From assembly GCA_964236955.1 (NCBI GenBank), contig CAXSGP010000062.1:1-26890 (forward strand): DNA of 26,890 nucleotides. The letters are read 5' to 3'. The DNA comes from an uncultured Oligoflexus sp. GTDB lineage: Bacteria; Bdellovibrionota_B; Oligoflexia; Oligoflexales; Oligoflexaceae. Within the stretch, counting starts at the first letter, position 1. Each line of letters starts with the position of its first letter. The notes under the pieces are model-generated. The model saw nothing but the letters and a program-made list of their open reading frames with translations. It did no database searches and had not been told where the DNA came from. Position numbers and translations under genes: made by a program. Positions 8,244-15,742 of the stretch are shown here, piece after piece.

Positions 8244-10103
8244 TCAGTGTTCGGGCAAAGGCATATCACAGGCGCGAAGCAGTATCACGTGATCGAACTG
8301 TCTCTCGTCGCCTTCTTCACAGGCGATCAGCCAAAGCAATTCGCTGCCTTCATTGCAGCGTAGAAGCTCGGTATGGCCCTTGTTGCAAACGAAGGAATTG
8401 CGGGTTCTGCGACTCATGCAACTGGTAATTTTTTGACTTTTGCTATTATGGACACAGCTGAATTCGTCGGTTGATGCGAAGCCCCGTTCACCTGGGTTCA
8501 GGTCCTTTACAGTTCCCGAAGAATGCCCATCCATTGGGGATTCACTGGTCACGAGATCATCTTGGGAATCGTTAAGCTCACCAATGGGCGCCAGCGATAA
8601 GTCGCAGCCGACAAGCTTAATGAGAGATTTAAAACGCAATCGCGTCTCGCGGATTAAAAAGTTCGAGATTAGATTGCTTCCGGCAAAGGGGGTTCCCGCA
8701 AAAGCATCGCTGGCAATCTTGCGCGGGCTGACATGGTAAAACCCCTGCATGCTTTCTATCCTTTCGTCGGAAGCGATTGAAGACGTCTCGACGTGACATC
8801 CTTGACAGGTTTCTTTAAGGTTTTTCGACCAGGCCGTGTCGCCTTCAAAAAAGCGCATACCCGGTCGGGCCAGTGCGGCGGGAGCCATCCAGTTAGCATT
8901 GAGGTGATAAGGAAAGGCTTTGCTTCCGGCAACACCGCTATCATTTTTTTCGCGATTCAGCGTCTGCACAAAATTTTGGAGCTTGGGTGAATTATTCACC
9001 TTCACCCGCGAGCTGGCCATGAAGGCCTCAAAAAAATCGATCGATTGCTCCGCATTCAGGTCATCTTGCCTAACACCCTTCTCATCCAAAAATTCATTAA
9101 AATCGTTATTCATAATGCCCGGATCTTTATCCTTCGGCTCAAAGTCGATCCAGGGTGTATTGGCAACGGGTACCTGCGAAAACTCGCTTACCGAAGCATT
9201 GGCTGAAGGAAAATTATACTCACGAAAATCCCAAAGAATATCGTTGCCACGGAAAGACAGCTCGCTGACCCGTATCTGATTCACGGCCCAGCGATCGGTG
9301 ATGCCGGCGTTGGAAGCAAGAAATCGGTCAAGGGCAAACTCGATGCCAAAGGCCCATTGACTTCTTGAACTGGCATCGTTTTTATCTTTGAACTGTATAA
9401 ATAGTTTCACGAGGTTTTCATAAAACGCTTTTTGTGAAGTGCCGGCGAACTCCATGATTACTGTTGCCGGCTTACGCTCCGAACCGCTAAGATCCCTGAG
9501 TCCGAAGACGATACGCACTTCGACCGTCTGCTCGGAAGGATGAAGATCGAAGCGTGGCGGCCTTTTGATAAAGGCAAGCGGTTGCAGAAGAGTATCGATG
9601 CTGGCGAAATTGCCCAAAGGCTCTTTTCTATCAAGAAAAGCCAGGGCTTCGGCAATTGCCGCGGTTTGATCTTTGAAGAAGAGGTTACCGCAGAAATTGG
9701 GTTTTGGTGTATTGGAATCAAGGAGGGGACAGAGCAGCTCCCGAATCACAAAGGGCCTCAAGGGCTGTACTTGGTTGATGTTGGGGACTTTAGTCGTAAT
9801 AAAAGAACGGATGAGACGCCGTACCAGCTCCTGTTCGTCATCGATCGATTTCACCTGAGTGAATTTGGCGAGGACCCGGGTAAAGTTGAAATGGGAGACT
9901 ATTTCCGGATGAGTTATGGTGATCGTTCCATAACCCTTGTTAGGAATCTTCAGATCATTATTGAGATCGGTGAGGACCTTACATTCATTCGAACTTGAGT
10001 CAAACAAAAGCTCTGAGGACGAAGAAGGTATAGGATCAAGCCCGCAAGCACTCTGACTTAAACACCAGCAGAAGAGCGCACATCGAAGCAAAAAGGCCCG
10101 CAT
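8244..10103 (-). CDS. Putative lipoprotein with a single c-type haem motif (CxxCH) and Cys-rich C-terminus
   Basis: Signal peptide ending SQSA|C20; TCQGCHVET at 8793-8807; AAGGA RBS; 12 nt downstream of the preceding gene's stop. Confidence 0.75.
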   Translation of the reverse strand: MRAFLLRCALFCWCLSQSACGLDPIPSSSSELLFDSSSNECKVLTDLNNDLKIPNKGYGTITITHPEIVSHFNFTRVLAKFTQVKSIDDEQELVRRLIRSFITTKVPNINQVQPLRPFVIRELLCPLLDSNTPKPNFCGNLFFKDQTAAIAEALAFLDRKEPLGNFASIDTLLQPLAFIKRPPRFDLHPSEQTVEVRIVFGLRDLSGSERKPATVIMEFAGTSQKAFYENLVKLFIQFKDKNDASSRSQWAFGIEFALDRFLASNAGITDRWAVNQIRVSELSFRGNDILWDFREYNFPSANASVSEFSQVPVANTPWIDFEPKDKDPGIMNNDFNEFLDEKGVRQDDLNAEQSIDFFEAFMASSRVKVNNSPKLQNFVQTLNREKNDSGVAGSKAFPYHLNANWMAPAALARPGMRFFEGDTAWSKNLKETCQGCHVETSSIASDERIESMQGFYHVSPRKIASDAFAGTPFAGSNLISNFLIRETRLRFKSLIKLVGCDLSLAPIGELNDSQDDLVTSESPMDGHSSGTVKDLNPGERGFASTDEFSCVHNSKSQKITSCMSRRTRNSFVCNKGHTELLRCNEGSELLWLIACEEGDERQFDHVILLRACDMPLPEH

Positions 10104-10115
10104 GGTCGTCCTTGA

Positions 10116-10901
10116 TTAATATGTTTCCCATTCTTCGCAAACGTACTTAACATCCTGACCGACAACCTTGGATTCGCAACAGCGTCGCTCATTGACGACG
10201 CGACCATAAACTGATTTAGTCTGCCTCTCGACCATACCAAAGGGACAAAAGCTATCGGCGTTTTGCTGGGAGAAACCCTCAAGTTTTGCAAGTTGCCGGA
10301 AGTAGGTAAAGGTGCTTTCTTCATGACATACAGGCGCACCAGTTCCCGTGTTGGTGCAGACCTCCTTATCAACCATCTTACACTCTTCACGGCCATAAAC
10401 GATCTTACATTCCTCAACCTGCTTTATCGTACAGGTCTGGCTACCGCCCGTAGCGGGCCCACAGACCTGCGTTGTAACCGGCCGGCTCCGAACGTTGCCA
10501 AGGATGGCATCGACCTCCTGAGGATTGATAGGCAAGGCGTCAGGGTCGAAATCGACAACGGGATGCGTGCCCAGCGTGGACTTGACAAAAAGGCTGCTCA
10601 GCGCCGGGTCCTGATTCCATAGGTTGAAGTCATCGAGACTCAGACCTTGGCCTTTGTGAAGCGGCATGGTGCCCGTGAAAGACACATCAGGCCCGCTTTC
10701 CCCGGGAGCGGTCTTACAGCTGAGAAAGGCTTGATTATTCTTGTCAAAGTTCTCGACTGCATACTGCGGTTTGGCTACTTCATCGGAATTAATGGGCTGA
10801 CAGCGCACACCGGGTTGGTTGGCCTGAGCCCAGGCTAAAGGTGCAGCAAAGATCAAGCACAGGTAAAAGTAGGCTTTAAAGGTTGGGTTGTGAGTATTCA
10901 T
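10116..10901 (-). CDS. Secreted cysteine-rich hypothetical protein
   Basis: Sec signal ending PLAWA|Q; 12 Cys in the mature part; GAGGT RBS. Confidence 0.85.
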   Translation of the reverse strand: MNTHNPTFKAYFYLCLIFAAPLAWAQANQPGVRCQPINSDEVAKPQYAVENFDKNNQAFLSCKTAPGESGPDVSFTGTMPLHKGQGLSLDDFNLWNQDPALSSLFVKSTLGTHPVVDFDPDALPINPQEVDAILGNVRSRPVTTQVCGPATGGSQTCTIKQVEECKIVYGREECKMVDKEVCTNTGTGAPVCHEESTFTYFRQLAKLEGFSQQNADSFCPFGMVERQTKSVYGRVVNERRCCESKVVGQDVKYVCEEWETY

Positions 10902-11035
10902 GACTACCTCAAAATTTGGAGAGGGACAATTTAATCTTACGCATAATTTGATCGACTGGCTATATCGTGGGCAAGTGAAAAGTCATTAATTAGAAGTGGT
11001 CCCGCCCTATCGTTCAATTTCTATACGTGAGCAAG

Positions 11036-11084
11036 CGCAATGCATTGCGGGGAAAGATATGGCTTTCACCAATCATTTCCCCGC
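11036..11084 (-). other. Intergenic stem-loop with GAAA tetraloop, overlapping a 14-bp palindrome
   Basis: The minus strand reads GCGGGGAAA-t-GAT-TGG-tGAAAg-CCA-t-ATC-TTTCCCCGC (11084-11047). Palindrome CGCAATGCATTGCG at 11036-11049. Confidence 0.5.
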
Positions 11085-11137
11085 CAGCGCCTTAGAATAT
11101 ATAAATGTGTCAATACATGGCGAGTTCCCGCCTTTGT

Positions 11138-13072
11138 TTATCTTTGCTTCTCTTGAGCTGCCCGCTTTGCGAGTGTTTCCTGAAGGAAAAGATCTCCTGT
11201 CATAATTCCATCGGCAAAAAGGTAATGGTCGGTAAAATCTTCACTGCCGCTGAGTTCTATATTCCAAACAACAGGAGCTTCCGATTGCCCATCCCAGGGG
11301 ACGAGTTCAATTGCCGTTATGGTCTGCAGGTCATCGCCCGTGGTGCCTCGCAGGATTCTGTCGCCTATTTTAAGGGCTGCTGCCGACACAGGTCCTGATT
11401 TGAGGAGGAAGGGATGCTGACGGGTTACCAGGATATGCTCATCGCCGGCATAAATCTTGTACATAGGGATCTTTTCCGGACCGGCTATCACGCGTTTGAC
11501 GATTTGGGCCCTGCCAAGTTTAGGGTTCCATACCGCATCACCCGCCCGGATGTCTCGAATGGCAGTCAGAGACCCATCCCCCATCATTATCTTTGTATCG
11601 TCGGCAAAACAACCGCATTCCGTGCGCTGGCCGATCAATTGCCTCAAGCATGAGGGTGCCGTGTAAGCATAGAAGCGTTTCAAGTCCATATGTTTGTCGC
11701 GCAGTTTTTCGTAGTCCAGTCGATTGCCCGAAAGCATGAGCGTTGGATTGATGCCGCTCTCACCCTTCATCGCCTGGCCGACCAGCTCCATGTTGCTACA
11801 GATTACGCCGCGCGCCTTGGAGTCGATAAGGTTGCTAATGTCAGGTTCAAAATAATCGAGTTTTGTCGTGTCTGTTTCGCCGTTAACGGTGAGATCGAGA
11901 AATTTGGCCTGGACTTCGGGATTAAACCAGAAATCGGTACGAAATTCATAGGGGCAGCTTTGGTTGCAGCCACTGCCGATCGTGGGTGCGGACGGCGCCG
12001 GGACCTGTGGTCCACTTACGACTATGGTCCCCTCCACTTTTTCCAGCTCGTCATTTTCCTTCATTTCGACACCAATTGCCTTCGCCTCAATTTTAAATTT
12101 TAGCCCTGTGGGACCGCTCGGGTTGGTGTCAGCTAAAGGCTCCAAGCCGACCCGGCACTCGGTAAAGGTTACCCTTGCGTCGTCAAACTCCCCTCTGCCA
12201 CTGGCTTGATCCCCAAGCCTTACGACCTTCTCCCCGATGATTTCGTCGACCGCCTTAATGTTATTGGCGCCGTGTATGATCTCTTTGCCCTGCGCGTCCA
12301 GACCGACAATGTAGGTCTCGGCACCGATCATGATCTCCCCATAATAGACGATACCGGATGCACGGAGCTGAAACGTGTAATCGCCCGGCGGAAACACGCC
12401 ATTTTTCTTTTGCCAATCAGCATCAAAAGTCGACTGACCCGGGAATTTCACGAGCAGTCTTTGGCTTTGAGGCCGGGGTGCCGCGAGTTTGATGCGGCCC
12501 GTGGTATGCACATCCTGAGTGGCATTCGAGCCCTTTAAATCGAGTGGGCGACTTGTTCTAATGTCGATCGATTCGATGAAATAAGGATGCTTTTTATCGG
12601 GATTATTATTAATAATTTCAACTTGTTGAGTAGCATTTAAGAGAGCTAGCTGATTGGTCGCTCCGCCGAATATTTCCTGAGCTTTAGCTAGTGTCAGAAT
12701 CCCCGATGAATTAGTCGGCAACCAAATATGATCCCCGTCGACCGTGATCATATCCATGGGTTTGTCGCTGCTGCTGTTTTTCTCCAAGACCCAACGCTTT
12801 GCGAAATAATTTTTAGGATAAATTCCAACCTCATATTTTTCACCGTTTTTCGCCGTCGAAACCAGTCCCCGCACGCGGCCCAGGTTTGACAGGTTATTGA
12901 GCTCAGAAAGGGAACGGGCTCTATCAATTTCACTCGATTTTTTCGATGAATTCAATAATTGGGACTGGTTGACGACGTAGATCGTGGCCATCGATAGTAC
13001 GGTCAGCGCCAACATTAGTGCAATTAACGCGAAGCCCTGATCACCAGGTCCAAAGGGTTTTCCTTGCTTCAT
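11138..13072 (-). CDS. Type IV prepilin-like (PilX/GspK-type) protein with C-terminal Hint (intein/Hedgehog-like) domain
   Basis: N-terminus DQG|FALIALMLALTVLSMATIYVV. Hint block A G|CFADDTKIMMGDG...IRDIRAGD.V from C488, block B VTRQHPF, block F/G VWNIEL...HYLFADGIMTGD. GGAGG RBS. Confidence 0.88.
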   Translation of the reverse strand: MKQGKPFGPGDQGFALIALMLALTVLSMATIYVVNQSQLLNSSKKSSEIDRARSLSELNNLSNLGRVRGLVSTAKNGEKYEVGIYPKNYFAKRWVLEKNSSSDKPMDMITVDGDHIWLPTNSSGILTLAKAQEIFGGATNQLALLNATQQVEIINNNPDKKHPYFIESIDIRTSRPLDLKGSNATQDVHTTGRIKLAAPRPQSQRLLVKFPGQSTFDADWQKKNGVFPPGDYTFQLRASGIVYYGEIMIGAETYIVGLDAQGKEIIHGANNIKAVDEIIGEKVVRLGDQASGRGEFDDARVTFTECRVGLEPLADTNPSGPTGLKFKIEAKAIGVEMKENDELEKVEGTIVVSGPQVPAPSAPTIGSGCNQSCPYEFRTDFWFNPEVQAKFLDLTVNGETDTTKLDYFEPDISNLIDSKARGVICSNMELVGQAMKGESGINPTLMLSGNRLDYEKLRDKHMDLKRFYAYTAPSCLRQLIGQRTECGCFADDTKIMMGDGSLTAIRDIRAGDAVWNPKLGRAQIVKRVIAGPEKIPMYKIYAGDEHILVTRQHPFLLKSGPVSAAALKIGDRILRGTTGDDLQTITAIELVPWDGQSEAPVVWNIELSGSEDFTDHYLFADGIMTGDLFLQETLAKRAAQEKQR

Positions 13073-13249
13073 ATTTGCCTCCGATTAAACTCTTTTCTCC
13101 CTAAGGAATCGGAAGGCAAATATTTCTTATGAGGGGAAGGATTTGGCTTAGATCGTCAGCGGGCAAAAGAAAGCTGAAATCTTAGCTAGTTACTGACCGG
13201 TATAATTCTCGCAATTCCCTGAAAGGCAGAGGGGCTGGGCATAAAAATC

Positions 13250-13257
13250 TTATCGGC
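13250..13257 (-). promoter_or_regulatory. Possible sigma28/FliA -10 element facing the pilin-Hint gene
   Basis: Exact GCCGATAA on the minus strand about 180 nt upstream of 13072. The -35 match is poor. Confidence 0.3.
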
Positions 13258-13390
13258 TTAAAGTTTGCACTGGTGATTTGAGCGTCGGGATACTTTCCGA
13301 GCGGTATCCAGGGAGTATTTTCCTAAAGAGTTGAGACGAGCGTCCCTGCGAATTCCGGCCGCGAAATCGAACCGTCCGTTATCCAGTCAG

Positions 13391-13419
13391 TTGCATTGAC
13401 CCCGGTCCTCGCTGATAAT
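13391..13419 (+). promoter_or_regulatory. Possible sigma70 promoter for the 13512 gene
   Basis: TTGCAT-17 nt-GATAAT. Confidence 0.3.
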
Positions 13420-13511
13420 ACCTATATAGAACGAAAAGCAGTTGATCCCCTAGTGGTTAGATGCTTATGCCGTCACGCGACTTTTCGAGAGTTCGCAGCT
13501 TGGGAGACCTG

Positions 13512-14411
13512 ATGTCTGCTTCGAAAAAAAACCTGAGTATTGGCTTTGGTATCTCCGGTATCTTGATAGCCTTTTTCTTTCCTTATGGGAAATACACCAC
13601 AATCGTCAAAAAGGTAGCGCCGACCCCTATCGCTGCAGTCCGCTCGGTGCCCGTTGCCGATACCCGGCCCAGTCCTGCCCCTGAACCGTTGCAAGGAGCC
13701 GTGGAGATTCAGCGCAAACGAGAAGAGGTTAATAACGCCATTATCAATCGCCTTAAAGAAATAAGAACCGTTGCTGATAATGCGTCGATAAAAATAAAAA
13801 TAAGGATCAAACCTGAAGCCAAATCCTGTCAGATAGGCGACTTCGATTTTATTAAGTCCTTGGTCCATGATGGCAAGAATAAGGTCTTTTTGCTCTCAGT
13901 CGAAAAACTCCGAGGCAGACTCGTGAAACCTTCAAGCATTCGCCTCAGCCTCTTTGACATTTTAAAGAGTGAAAATCACGAGTTTGCGATGCCGAAATTG
14001 GAAAACGCCCAGGAATATGGCGTTTACCTCTGCATCGATCCCGGCCAAAGCAATACCTGCAATCAAAAGGCTGCCCTCAATTCCAAGGACTGGAACAAGG
14101 TCATCAATCACTCCAAGTTGCCAGAAAACATCGTCTACTTTCAACTCCTCACGACCAAGAGCAGCAGTGCCTATCTCATTCCCACGAACAAATGGGGCAG
14201 TTCAGCGATTAGAGAAATGACGGTGAAGTTAAAACCTTGGTTGAGCAAACCCGAAGATTCTTTGGAGCTGACGGCGTCATTGATGGAAAAATTAGGATCG
14301 CTTCCCGCCAATGTCGAAAATGGGGACCTGGAGATCCCACTGCCTTTTCGTGATCCACGCTGCGATAGCAAAGCTAGTATTCAACCGTCCTCCAAACGAG
14401 GTGGCGGCTGA
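13512..14411 (+). CDS. Membrane-anchored exported hypothetical protein
   Basis: N-terminal hydrophobic segment, Pro-rich linker and a globular domain with 4 Cys. GGGAG RBS before the ATG at 13512 (alternative start 13461). Confidence 0.8.
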   Translation: MSASKKNLSIGFGISGILIAFFFPYGKYTTIVKKVAPTPIAAVRSVPVADTRPSPAPEPLQGAVEIQRKREEVNNAIINRLKEIRTVADNASIKIKIRIKPEAKSCQIGDFDFIKSLVHDGKNKVFLLSVEKLRGRLVKPSSIRLSLFDILKSENHEFAMPKLENAQEYGVYLCIDPGQSNTCNQKAALNSKDWNKVINHSKLPENIVYFQLLTTKSSSAYLIPTNKWGSSAIREMTVKLKPWLSKPEDSLELTASLMEKLGSLPANVENGDLEIPLPFRDPRCDSKASIQPSSKRGGG

Positions 14412-14456
14412 AGTCCGAGCGGCCTAGGACTGGGATTGATTGAATTAAGATCCCTG

Positions 14457-15116
14457 TTAGTTTTTAAGATCAAGCGTAACGATCTGAGTATTATCGTCTA
14501 TTTTTCTATTATCAATGGGCTCTTCGGATCGAGCGCTGTCTCGGACCTGCTCCGCCGACCTTAAAGTCTGCCGGTTTCTACCCGCCGAAGGTTTATAGAG
14601 ATAGTTCATCTCATCAAGAAAATCAAAGCCAGGTGCCGTCGTTTCCATGTCCAGTGAAATCATCAGGGGGGATTCCTGACAAACACCTGTATCTTCGATA
14701 TAGGGAGAGCTTTTGATGGCGTTGGTATCAGGCATATTTGTCATCGGAAAGGGCATGGAAGGTCGCCGATGAACGGCTGCATCAGACGCCATCGATGGTG
14801 ATCGGGGGGACCCAAAACCGGTGTTTGCCAAGGGACTGCGATCGCGGTATTGAGGCTCGACCGATGGTCGCCTCATTTTCGGGTGCGTTGACGCTGAAGG
14901 GCTTATGCTGGAGCCGCTACGCGTGTCTTTATGGGTGGCAACATTAATATGTAGAAATCCCCAAAAGATCATGACACCAAGCATCAATCCAGTCGCAAGA
15001 CTGACTGCGAGCATATTGCCACCAGAGCGCCAGTAGACGGTGAGAAATATTCCCAGCAGCCAGCCCAGGATCGTCAAAGCGATTCTATTTATAGCCCTTA
15101 GGTCGTTCGTAATCAT
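14457..15116 (-). CDS. Hypothetical membrane protein (2 N-terminal TM and a long Ser/Pro-rich tail)
   Basis: GAGGA RBS before the ATG at 15116; two hydrophobic helices followed by a low-complexity tail. Confidence 0.75.
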   Translation of the reverse strand: MITNDLRAINRIALTILGWLLGIFLTVYWRSGGNMLAVSLATGLMLGVMIFWGFLHINVATHKDTRSGSSISPSASTHPKMRRPSVEPQYRDRSPLANTGFGSPRSPSMASDAAVHRRPSMPFPMTNMPDTNAIKSSPYIEDTGVCQESPLMISLDMETTAPGFDFLDEMNYLYKPSAGRNRQTLRSAEQVRDSARSEEPIDNRKIDDNTQIVTLDLKN

Positions 15117-15742
15117 AATTTGTCCTCGGGATGACTGTCGAACCTTCCCTCTTGATCGGTTTTGATGCAGGGGAGTTGAGACCTTTTTGCCTAGTCCCAG
15201 CGATCGGGTCGATACCTCCCGTTTGCGGAGTTCCTGCAAAAAAGCGCCGCTTTTCCAGTCTTTTCAGCGTTTACGCTGAGATTGTAGATGGACTTGGCAT
15301 TTTTAACAGGACCTGAACTTACGGCTGATGATGCGACCGGTTGAGACAAAACTATGAATCGTTTTGCATCCTCTGGCCAAGGACCAAGATATATTACTGG
15401 CTGCTGCACCTATGATTTTTATTTCGGAACTTTCTGCCCCTGGTCTCACCTTCAAATTTTCTTTTCCTACTCCCTTCGCATAACGTCCCTCCTTGCATGG
15501 GAACAGCTTTCTTTGCGCTTATAATGTCGATACCAAGTGATCGACAAGACTCTTATCCTGTAGCTCAGGTGCGCAATCGCAACGAGTTGCAATCTGCTGA
15601 TGATGTCAATGGCTTTTACTCCATCATGAGTAACTTTCAACAACCAGGTGGGCTTTATTAGCAAAGCGACATTCCTGCGCTCTAGGCACTTCTCGCGCAA
15701 CATGCTAAAAAAAGGCTTATGCCAGTTGATGCAGGAGTATCT

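Noticed and set aside
11192..11611. Canonical intein or polymorphic-toxin Hint
   Set aside because: No terminal His-Asn, the +1 residue is Leu, there is no endonuclease, and only 17 aa follow (no toxin domain or obvious immunity gene).
15191..15703. Two short minus-strand ORFs (72 and 78 aa)
   Set aside because: No convincing RBS or motif. More likely the divergent promoter region, though 15191-15409 cannot be excluded.
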